The notes under the pieces are model-generated. The model did no database searches. It was not told the DNA's origin and saw only the letters and a list, made by a program, of their open reading frames with translations. The translations under genes and the position numbers were made by a program. 64,000 nucleotides of DNA, taken from the human T2T-CHM13v2.0 reference genome, Homo sapiens. The stretch lies in the NCBI RefSeq assembly GCF_009914755.1, contig NC_060947.1; one strand, given 5' to 3'. How positions within the stretch are numbered: the stretch's first letter is position 1; each line of letters opens with the position of its first letter. This document shows, one piece after another, positions 28,590 through 42,355 of the stretch.

Positions 28590-28900
28590 GCACAAGTCAC
28601 GCACACACGGAGGGGTGTGGAAGGCCCCGCTCCCCTGGCATCTCGGCTGCAGCGGGACCAGGTAACACATCCGGGAGCCCGGCCGCGCGCCGGGTGTGCA
28701 CTCACCCGGGCCTGCCGCCCGCGAGCCTGGGACGCAGGCATCCGCCGCCGCCGCCGCCGCCACCGCCGCCGCCGCCGCGGCCGCCGCCGCAGCAGCCGCC
28801 GCCGCCGCCGCCGCCGCCGCTGCTGCCGCTGCCGCTTCCGCCGCCGCCGCCGCCACCTCCGGCCCTCTACGTCAGCGGACGGTGGGAGGGAGCGAGTGCT
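28590..28900 (-). promoter_or_regulatory. CpG-island-like 5' leader of the retrocopy with a CRE-like site (TGACGTAG, 28874-28867)
   Basis: Very high CpG density against CpG-depleted flanks; TGACG half-site near the 5' end. Confidence 0.6.
28743..28853 (-). repeat. Interrupted (GCG/GCN)37 trinucleotide tract, reading A5-E-A24-V-A6 in the TTC3 frame
   Basis: Read directly: CCG runs interrupted by CAC, GCG, GCA, GCT and TTC on the + strand. Confidence 0.95.
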
Positions 28901-29829
28901 TTTAACTGTTTCGGTGTCAATACTGACCACAGTCATTATTTTCTCCGGCTGTACTTTAAAGTCTTAATGGTTGAAGCCATGTATCCTTTGCCCACAGACC
29001 AGAGGAAGGGGAACCAGGTTCTTTCAGGAAAGTGCATGGGGGATGCCTCTCTCTCATCATGTCCCCTGACTCCCAGGTGTAATCATAATCTCCTCATGGA
29101 AGTGCCAGGCACATAGAGAGTGCTCTTCCTGCTGCCTCCACTCCTGCTAGACAGAGCCCTGTCAAGGTCATCCTAAGGGCTGGGATCCACTAACAGCTTT
29201 GACCTTAAAGCAGAGTCTGATATTGGGGATGTCATTTCTTCACTCTGATGTACTAATTTTTTTTTTTATCTATACGCTGATGAGAGGCTGCTCAGACACC
29301 TGCAAATTAGCATCACACTCCCCTAGGTTCTCTAGCAAGATATTCTGGGAGGAAAACCTCTGAATCTTATTTCTACCTGTTGCTCAAGGAAGGGACTGTT
29401 TCCAAAGAAAATCACAGTCGTATACAGGGGAGCTTTTCTGTGTCCCTTTTTCTCCTTTGTTCCTTTTCCCCTCTCTCTCTTTTAATGGCACCCATTTCTT
29501 CCCATCACTTAGAATCACTGAGAATCTTTTTTTACCCTGGCTTATAAATTGTGTAGAATTCCTGTAAAGTATGGTGCTCCTTTGTCTGTTTCCATTGTCT
29601 CTGACCTAATTTTTGACTGACTGGCCATTTACCTGATCCACTTTAAAAGCCAGGAGAACTGTGTTCTCATTTCAGAAGAAACTGTGTTACCCTGGCCAGT
29701 TTTCTTCCCTTTTCTGGGATTCATTTCATCTGTAAAATGGGGGGCGGGGGTTGACCATCCTGGGTTCTATCTGGAGGTCGATGGGAGTCAGAGAGAGAGC
29801 TCTGACATGGTGATGCAGGGCCTTGAACT

Positions 29830-29910
29830 CCACTCACAGCTCTGCTGCTAACCTAGCATGTGATTTAGTTCTAGTCCCTTTCCACTTCTGAGCCTCAGTT
29901 CCCCATCTAA
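29830..29910 (+). mobile_element. MIR core fragment
   Basis: CTCTGCTGCTAACCTAGCATGTGA...CTTCTGAGCCTCAGTTCCCCATCT; a second MIR-like piece at ~29700-29742 (CATCTGTAAAATGGG). Confidence 0.6.
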
Positions 29911-30239
29911 GCAGCCATGACTGACAAGGGAGAAGTCTTAGACTCCCACAAATGAGGACCTTGATCCCCTAACATGACTGTGTGTTCATAAGACCCGTAT
30001 CCTCTGATCTTGAGCAGATAGAGCCTTTTCTTATCCTCTGGATTGCTTCTTGGAAATGGCTGTAGCGAAAGCCTCTTCTTTTGTGCTTGATACTTTATTT
30101 TCCCAGGTAAGCTCCCTCTACCTTTGTCCTGGGGCATGTATTTATGGATATTTTAGTTAGAAAAAGCTATCAATTAGTGTAATTAGCTTATTGTCACCTT
30201 CAATCTTGACCCTCTCCCTGCACTGTCCCCTACCCACCT

Positions 30240-31846
30240 CAGGTTCTCTCTTATTTTAACTTAGTGAGCAGAGCTCCTGGCTGCATCACCATAGCAACCA
30301 GCAGCTAGGACCTATTAAGCCATGATGAGTCATTAGACATCTAAGCTGATTATAGAGTCCAGAATGTTAACTGCAGAAGAGATGCTGAAAGAAGGAAAAT
30401 GAGGCAGATCTTAACCTACAAACAAGTAGACAACAGAGTAGCTGAGTGCTTCAAACTATCCCCGACCTGGATGCCATGGGCGCTATGGGCCTGGGTGTCA
30501 ACACCTTGGCATGTACCCTCAGCCACCAGACCAGAGGGAGGGGCACCAGGCCCATTCTCTTCCCAGGGAAGTAATTCTGGACACCTTCCTGCCAACATGC
30601 TCCAAGTAGATGGATTTGAGTCTGGATTTTTCAATGGGCAGTACCAATTACTGAGTTCATCCTGAGTCCTACTCCTAATCTAGTGACACATTTCCTTATC
30701 TTTCAACTTTCCATAGAAGTTTCTTAAATGAAAAAGGGCATTTTTTTTTTTACTTGTTTGAAACTCTCTTTTCCCAGTCAGTTCCCCTGCTGCCTTGGCC
30801 TGTATTTGTGGCCTGTTAAATTTAAAAGTCTATCAGTTAGTCTAATTAGGATATTCAAATTTTAATTATTTTCCCTTCTCCACATGGGCAGCCACCCACC
30901 CTTCTTTTATTCTCTCTTTTTATTTCATTTAGGGAAAAAAGCTCTTGGCAGGATTGCTATAGAAACCAGCCACCAGGCAGACTAGGCCATTGTGCTTCTG
31001 GACACTGATACTCAAAGCTGATTATGGGTCTGGAAGCTTGCATGGCTGAGCAAGACTGATGGAGTTAAGACAAAGAGGGTCTCAGCTACAGAGAAGGGGA
31101 AAATAAGCACCTCAGAACTTTAGACAAACCTCAGCCCTACCTTTATCTTTGCCCCTGTATGCTTCATGGAAGAAAAAAGTTAGAATGAGGAAGGCTGTCC
31201 CCTATTAAAGATGAATGTCTGGGTTGACATCAGAACTTGTGCCCTTAGGCTAACCCTGCCATGACGACAAACCCACACCTGTGAACATGTCATTTTCACT
31301 GAGTATCCCTAGTTCCTATTAAATTACCTGGCATATACTTAAGGTTCTCATAGTGCTTGGTGCTCAGCAATTCTGTAAGACAGAGCACTACTAGTGAGAG
31401 CACACTGAGACTACCTTGGAACATGAGCAAGTGAAGACTTCCTAACACACTGGATTTTTCTGGGAAATGACACTAATGAAAGCCTCTGCTATGTGCTCTA
31501 AGGCTCCCTGTTTGCAATTTACCTCCCCTGCCTTCTGGCAGTGGTGGTGTAAATGCCTGGTGGAGGGGCTTTGAAAGCTGTTAGTCACTGAAGTACCTAA
31601 GTGTATTAGGCTATTATTGCCTTCAAGGATTTTCCCCTGGTCCCACAATGCACCCCTGTCTACATTAACAGGCTCCCACTCATTTACACTGGGAGAGCAG
31701 TGCTCCTGGACACATTGCCATAGCAACCAGAAGCCAGACAGAGTAGGAGGGTGAGCCAGACATTTGACAGCAAAGGTTAGTGGAGTATCTGTTGGAGAGG
31801 GGCTGACTCTTAGGAGGAAAATACCTTATCTCTCAGCTGCAGAGAA
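30240..31846. repeat. Three diverged tandem units (~670-760 bp spacing), each with an RFX X-box-like core
   Basis: GAGCAGAGCTCCTGGCTGCATCACCATAGCAACCAGCAGC (30266-30305) and GAGCAGTGCTCCTGGACACATTGCCATAGCAACCAGAAGC (31695-31734) match at 33/40 without gaps; a third copy GCTCTTGGCAGGATTGCTATAGAAACCAG lies at 30941-30969. Confidence 0.75.
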
Positions 31847-32228
31847 ATAGGCCACTAGGCCCCTCAGTGTTCCAACACCATCCCCTCCCCATCCTCCATC
31901 CCCATGCCTCCAGATGAGGAGTAGTCAGAATGAGTTTTGTTTTATCTGGAGGCCAAGGCCTGTGTTTTATCAGAATAGGTATCCTTTGCCCCGAAGCCGG
32001 TCAAGGGAACCAGGTACCACATACTTCCTCCTACGCCACCTTGTTACCAAACTAACACCCATGAGTGAACATATGCTCCAAATGTGTGTTCCCATGACTG
32101 CATCTCCTGTGCCTAGAATAGTGTCAAGTATATGGCAGTGCAACTTTCTGCACTTCCCCTGTCTACTCACTCCATTGCAGTTCACACCTTATCATTTGCA
32201 GAATTCCATTTACTACTGGAATACCCAC

Positions 32229-32573
32229 TGTATTAGTCTGTCCTCATGCTGCTAATAAAGACATACCCGAGACTGGACAATTTACAACAGAAAGAGGTTT
32301 AATGGACTTACAGTTTCTTGTGGCTGGGGAGGCCTCACAATCACAGCTGAAGATGAAAGGCACATCTCACATAGTGGCAGACAAGAGAAGAGAGCTTGTG
32401 CAGGGAAACTTCTCTTTTTAAAACCATCAGATCTTGTGAGACTTATTCATTATCATGAAGAACAGCACAGGAAAGAACTGCCCCCATGATTCAATTACCT
32501 CCTAACGGGTCCCTCCCACAACATGTGGGAATTCAAGATGAGATTTGGGTAAGGACACAGCCAAACCATATCA
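32229..32573 (-). mobile_element. THE1 (THE1B/C-like) solo LTR
   Basis: TGTATTAGTCTG...GCTAATAAAGACATACCCGAGACTGG...CCAAACCATATCA; 5-bp TSD CCCAC/GCCAC. Confidence 0.88.
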
Positions 32574-32929
32574 GCCACAGTCTCAACTGATGACACTGAG
32601 AACATGAAAGTAAAGGAATAGCCTTTAAAAACTTCTCACTTCCATGCATCTGCAACTTGATACTCTGCTTTCCCTTTCATCACTATGGATAAACTCTCTA
32701 CATTCCTATGAAAACCCATACCTACCGTTGGCCACTAGATTACACCCCTTCTTGACTATTCAATGCATGGTCCCAGCAATGCTGTCTGTGCTCTTTGCCA
32801 CATCATCAATTTACCTTTATGTACTGGATGATTCCCATCAGTACACAAAGATTCCACAAGTCTCCCTTGCAACAACAACAACAAAACCAACAAGAAAGAA
32901 ACAAAACACCCTACCTTAACTGTACAACC

Positions 32930-33300
32930 CACTCCACCTACTGCATCATCTCTGTACACCAAACTTCCTCAAAAATCATTATGTGGTCTTGATTTGTTCA
33001 CTTATGTACTCTCATTTTTTTCTTGAACCCACCCTAGTCAAGCTTTTATCCCCCACTCCATGGAAATAGCTCAAGGTCCCCAAATAACCTGCATATTGTT
33101 AAACCTAGTGATTATTTCTCAGGCTGGTCTTACTTGACTGAAAAGTAGAATTTGACACAATTGATCACTTCCTCCTCCTTGTAATACTTTCCTCACTTAA
33201 TTTACAGGACATTTCTGTCTCTTGGTTGTGCTTCTGCTTCAGTGTCTGCCATTTTTCAGAGTCATGGCTAGTTACTCCTCACTGCTTTGACCTCTTCACC
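32930..33300 (+). mobile_element. L2 LINE fragment
   Basis: CTCAAGGTCCCC...CTTACTTGAC...ATTTGACACAATTGATCACTTCCTCCTCCTT is the typical L2 RT-region signature. Confidence 0.65.
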
Positions 33301-35945
33301 CTGCTAGAAGCTATTAGTCAAAACATAAGTTTTTATTTAGCCAATTGAAGGTGTGTAACATAGGACTGTGGTTGTCAGAATGGAAACCACTTGGGCCTTC
33401 ATATAGGTGGCTGAAGAAATTTATCCAAGCAAGAGATAGCATCAGGTCCTGGGCTAAGAGCTTTCTGGTTGGGAAAGACCCCCAACACCTGCCTTCATTC
33501 AGTGAGACAATTGTATGACTCACCTGCAGTAATGTGCAGGTTAAAGGTAACGAGTTGAACTTGTAGCTTGCCCCTCTCTCACTACATAAACTCCTTTCTT
33601 CTCTCTGGAAGGAGTTCAGTTTCCAGCAGAGGTGATGACAGATTAACAGATTCCAGTTTAAAAAGTGCTATAACCCTGAAGGGGGTGGGGTATGTTGGTA
33701 GATAAGAGAAGTTAGATCTTTAATAAATCCCACAAATTATTCTGGGCAATTTATTTACTGAGAATTTTTAACTCTCAAGTGTTAAGATTTTCCTAGATAA
33801 TCATTTGTTTAATTCAGGTTTTCAAAAGCATTTACTTCAGACTCCTTTTATTCTCTTAATTTCTTTTCTATTGCTGTTTTAAAAACAAACAAAAAAAATA
33901 CTTAGTGACTCAATTAAAAAATATTATTGGTGAGGGGATGAAGCACAGTTTCAAAGAGTTACAAATTAAAAATATTAATTGGCATCTGAATTGCAAGAAT
34001 CCATTTACCTCCACTCTCTAAGCTCTAATGATGTTTGTGTCCCCAAGTCAAGTTCCAAAGTAACCATTATTCCCAATAGGTAAAATTCCTCTGACCTCTG
34101 GTCCTGTTGAACCTTAAGGCTTACCATAAAATTGCTTCAAATTGCAAGAAATGAGCGTGGAATTCTTCCCTCCCCCTAGCCAAGGCCTGTTCTAGTTACA
34201 ACCAACAGTCGATAAATCCCAGTGCTTCTCCCATAGTCCCAACCCTCTCGTGCACTCTCACTACCTCATTGAGGGCTTTGGAGTTTCCAGGATACAGCAT
34301 ACGAGTCTTACCAAAATCCCAGATGGGGCACCTCTCAGTCATAACTTAAGAAGATGCTCTCAGATCTTGACTCCCAGATTCAGCCCAGACTCACTATGAT
34401 CTTGAAGTGCCTTGTGAACTTTAACAAATGGCCCATCCTGTCCCCAGTCTCTGGTGCATAAACTGTTTCCCACATCAATCACGAGCACAGGTTCTATGCC
34501 ATCCAACACTGCATTGTTCCTTGACATGTTTTTTTTTTTTGTTTGTGCAGTCAACACATAATTGATGAGGCACATTCTACATGACAGGCACTACACAAGA
34601 GACTGAGGGGTGAACTGATTAGCACCCTGCCCCTTTGGTGACCTGTTAAGATATAATAATAATGGTCATACTGAGCTCTGAGAGTAAAATAAAAACAGCA
34701 GTACACTCAGGAGGGGCCAAAAATATTCCATTCCTTCCTTCCCCATCAACTTTTTATTTGTGGATCCTCAAGGCCGAATGATCCTGGAAGACCCCTGTCT
34801 GCATAAAGACATTTATTTGTGGCCTTTCATTTCAAGTAATTGAGTTTTGATATCTATACCAAACAAAGAAACGTCCAGACCCCCATCACATTATAGCTTC
34901 CCCTAAACAGTTGTTTGCAACAAACAGGTTCAGTAAGTGACCAGTTATAAGATTAATATATAAGAAAATAGCTTTCCAGTGACTAAAATCCAGCTGGAAG
35001 GGCAAGGAAGTTTTACTTCATTACTGCATCTCCTAAGAAGCTTACTAAGTCTCTGTTTCCCAAATATGTGAAAAGCAATAAGTTGCTTCTAGGGTAAGAA
35101 GCAATAATGTATGTGTATGGAATGAACTGGCATTCACCTGAAGCTCAATAAAAGTTATTCCCTTCCCTTTGGAAAAAAAAAACCCAGTTCTCAAGGTGGG
35201 ACTACAGAAAATGTTTGCTTTTCATCAATTCTTTAGGTAATTTTGAGCTTCATCTTGGGGCTGAGAATTTGGGTCAGGACCTATTGAGAATAGCCACCAC
35301 TCACCTCAAAAGAGATCACATCAGGAGGTTCATAATCTGTTTCTATCTTTCAAGTATTCTTATTGCTTTTTCACATTTCTCTTTCAGTACCTTACAATGG
35401 AAATATGGGCATTTCATAAAACAGAACGAGATAGTCATGTGCACAGCATTATCAGGGCCAAGCTTTGGAAAAATGGACTCTGATATTCAGGACAATATCC
35501 TTAGCAAAGGGCAATTTTGATTCTCAAACGCGGACCAGCAAAGTGCTTTGCAGTCTAATGATCCAAGCCTACCTCCAGTTTTTCTTTTGACATCTGAAGC
35601 CTTGAACTGATTCCGGTTGCAACCACTTTACAATGAAGGTTTTAAAATCCCTAACACACAATTCTATCAACCCTTACTCTTCAATCAGTCAAGTACCCTA
35701 CGTTTCCAATCCTAGAAATTAGGCTGCCTCCATTCCCTGATATATAGAATGCTTTCAAATTTATAATCCAGTGCCAAGTCTTGCTTCCATCCCTGACTTT
35801 TTTACTTTCTTAAGAATCAGAAACCATGAAGAATTCTGGGCCCCTTGCTGATCAGCACAGTGCTATGAGAATTTCACAAGCCAAGGACAGTACAGATCCA
35901 GAAATCCTGTTTTATAAACTGTGTCAAGATTCAAAGTCCATTTTC

Positions 35946-37840
<1,895 letters not shown>

Positions 37841-38482
37841 TAATATATAGTCAAATGCACAACAATTTATCCTCTGGATTGGGAACAAGAGATTTCTAGA
37901 CATCTCAGCTTTAGCCAGTTTATTATACACCTACTGCTTCATAGTTGAGTTCTTCCAGAATATCTGTTAGAACCCCTGATAGCATACTATTTTGTGATGA
38001 GATAAATACTTTAAAAATTATATGATCACAGTAGCATGGAATGACATTTCCTTAATGCTATGTTTGAGGGCCTTTTTCTTGTTTCTGCTAGTAGAATCTG
38101 TTCTACCATTACTTATATACAAACATTATTTATTGCCAACATGATACACATTATATGGTGTGGATCCAGTAAATATTTGTAAATTAACTGATTTGGCACC
38201 CCACAATATCTCAAGACATGAGATTTAAGAAGAAAAGAGCTTGACTAGTAAACCTGGTAGAGAAAATGCCTTTATACAGTTAGTATATCCCACAATACTA
38301 TCAACAAGTAGATTGGATTTTATTGTTATAACAGAATTGAGTGAGATTGTGAATAATAAGAAAGTTGAGTTGTGGTGCATTGTCCTTAGAAGTTTCCTTC
38401 CTTTCTTTCCTTCTGTTCAGTGTTGTGACCTCAAATAAGGGGCACAGATGCCTCCTCGGGCAGCTTGGGGCAAGTGATCTAC

Positions 38483-39600
<1,118 letters not shown>

Positions 39601-42302
39601 TGACACACAGAGCTAGTGAAATTTAGGCAGAGCAACTGCACAGGCATGTGCAGAGACCAGGAGCCTTAGATACTTGGGCTTTCTGGGCTCCCCTAAAAAA
39701 GTAGTTGCAACTCAAGCAAAGCAGGAACAGACCCCCGTACATACCCTAGGAAAGAGGCTGAATCCAGGGGGCCAAGCAGCAACAGTCTACAGGCCCCACT
39801 TCCATGGCATCTCACAGGATAAGACCCAGTGGCTTGGAATTCCAGCCAGGCACCGGTAGTAGTGTTACACCTCTCTGAGACAGAGCTCCTGTGGAGAGGG
39901 GCCAGGGGCCAACCTCCATCTTTGCTGTTTGGACAACTTTGCTGTTTCAGCCTTCGAGCTTTGGAGAGTCCAAGCCAACCGGGGGTGGAAGGGACTCCTG
40001 AGCACAGCACAACTGCTCTGTGAAAATGTGGCCAGTCTGCTTCTTTAAATGGGTCCCTGATCCCATTCCTTCTCACTGGGTGGGACCTCCCAACTAGGGT
40101 CTCCAGCCACCCCCACCACTGTTATCTGGCTAAACAGTTTTGAAACCTCCTTAGGATAGAGCTCCCAGAGAGAAAAGTGAACCGACATCTTTGCTGTTTG
40201 TGTGACAACCATTCCAGCCTTCAGGTTTTGGAGAGTCCAAGCTGACCAGGGGAGAAAGGGATTACCCAACACAGCACAGCTGTTATACAAAAACATGGCT
40301 AGACTGCTGTTTAAAACAAGTTTCCAATCCCGTTCCTCCTCACTAGGCAGGACCTCCCAACCAGAACCTCCAGCCACCCTCGAGGGTGTTCTTTGGCCAA
40401 CAGAGATCCGAATACTTCCTCAGTTGGAGCTCCCAAGGGGAGGGGCAGGCCTCCATCTTTGCTCTTTGGGTGACTTAGCTGTTTCACCCTTTTCGCTTTG
40501 AGATTCTGAGGTGACAAAAGGCTGAAGCAGACACCCAGCACAGCAGAGCTGCTCTATGAAAACATGGCAAGACTGATTTTTAAAGCAAGTCTCTGATCCT
40601 ATTCCTCCTCACTGGAGGTGACCTCCCAACTGGGGTCTCCAGCCAGCTCCTTCAGATGCATTCAGGCTGGCAAAAAGTCCATACCTCCCTGGGATGGAGG
40701 TCCCAGAGGGAGGGGCAGGTTGCCATTTTTACTGTTTTGCAGCCTTTGGTGGTAATACCTCCAGGTACCAGAAACTCCAAGGTGACTAGCAACTGGAGTG
40801 GGCATCCAGCATACCACAGCAATCCGGCAAAGAAAATGTCTAGCCTGTTACATTGGTATCTGTTTCCATATCTCATCACCAGGCAAGTCTTCCAGACCTG
40901 GGCCTCCAGCCATCATCTGCCAGAGATACTGAGCCAGTAGCAACTTTACAACTCCCTGGACAGAGTTTCCAGGGGCAACTGAAAGTCTTTCTACCACTGC
41001 CTCTGTAGTGGACCTGTCTTTGCTAACCTTGGACTAACAAAGGAGTAAAAACCCTACCTAAGTGCCTTATCCACACCTCCAACAAGCTGCAGTTGACCCA
41101 AGAAGAGGAGGCCAGTTTGTCTCCAATGGGTCCTACACACCCCCTGCTGCTCATCACCAGACAAGGAACCCCTGGCTTGGGCCCACAGCACAAACCCTCC
41201 ATCCTAGGCTGATTTCACTGCACAATTGCTGACCCACATTTCTCTGGGGTGGAGCCCCCAGGAGGCAAGCAAAGTGGTGGCACAGCAAGCCAGCTGATAT
41301 GGAGCCCAGAGGGTTTAGTGTTGGAGCATCTGTAGTGGAGTGTGGCCAGGTACGGCCATCCCTCTTGGCTCAGCTTGCTCCCATAAGAGACTTCAGACCT
41401 AGGGGAATGGTCAGATCTGATCTCTGCCATGCAGTCTTGCACACCAGATGGGGCTGATCCAACCTGAGCACTCCTTGGTCTCCTGGCCTCTTTCAGGGTT
41501 TCACCCTGGACACTCCAGCTTACAAGGCAGTCTTGGATGCCCTGGGGACACACACCTTACCTTCTGCACTAGTAGACTGCGCCTGATCAGTGGAGAGTGC
41601 CAAAAATGTGGCCCCTATGGCCCTGCACAGCCTGCATATTCCATCCTCATACTGCAGCTTTCCTCAAGTCCATGGCAACTCTCCACATCCCTTTGCTGGC
41701 ACCTGTCTGCATGAGTAGGTTTTGCTTCACATGCTCTGCCAACACACGGGATTGCAGTACACCCCCACCACCTCCACTGAACACCAATGAAGATGAAGCC
41801 TTAGTGGGCACAGAGCCAGCAAGCCCCACCCCCACCAGCACCTAGCCCCTGTGCTAATGCTGCACAGAGAACAAGGTATCCTCCCACACCCCGAGTGATC
41901 ACTCCTGCTTGCAGGGAACAAAGAAGGCACCCAGACCTGTGCTGGCCAACAACCTTCCAAAAGCCAATACCACCTCCACTGCAACAGTGCACACAATCTT
42001 CAGCAGGGGCTTTCTGCTCCCCACCACCCCCAGCTGCCTAGCCTCTGCCACTGTGGTAAATGCCTGCAGGAAGGCAGGTACCCCTGTATTTGCTAACACT
42101 CTTGCTGCAGCTGCTGCACATTGGGCCCCACAGCACAGTGGACTGCAAACCTCATGGACCAGAGAACAAAGTCAGGGCCCCAGAGTTAGCATATGTAGGC
42201 CAGGGGTTGGGAGCTGAGCACTGGCCCCCTAAAAGCTTTCTGAAATGAAGCCATTTGGCTGAATCAAACTTGTACCTCAATCAAACCATCAAGGTCATGA
42301 AT

Positions 42303-42355
42303 AAAAGAAAAGAAAAGAAAAGAAAAGAAAAGAAAAGAAAAGAAAAGAAAAGAAA
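42303..42355 (+). repeat. (AAAAG)n pentanucleotide microsatellite
   Basis: About 10.5 perfect units. Confidence 0.95.

Larger units (their letters stand above)
20642..28896 (-). pseudogene. TTC3P1: Full-length processed retrocopy of TTC3 mRNA (TTC3P1 locus or orthologue); reading frame intact, so a candidate retrogene
   Basis: Intronless TTC3 coding sequence; poly(A) remnant as a T-tract at 20642-20671; AATAAA at 20695-20690; TSD TGCTTTTAACT at 20631-20641 and 28897-28907; GC-rich 5' leader. Confidence 0.93.

Noticed and set aside
28854-28856. Met start of the 2095-aa ORF in the track
   Set aside because: The codon is GTG, not ATG. It is kept only as a near-cognate hypothesis.
28535-29116. 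Poly-Arg, poly-Pro and plus-strand poly-Ala ORFs
   Set aside because: Alternative frames and strand of the same GCC tract, mostly with non-ATG starts and no independent coding signal.
29576-29600. Possible fourth copy of the X-box unit (GCTCCTTTGTCTGTTTCCAT, ~700 bp left of unit 1)
   Set aside because: Spacing fits, but only GCTCCT and CCAT match and the RGYAAC half-site is absent.
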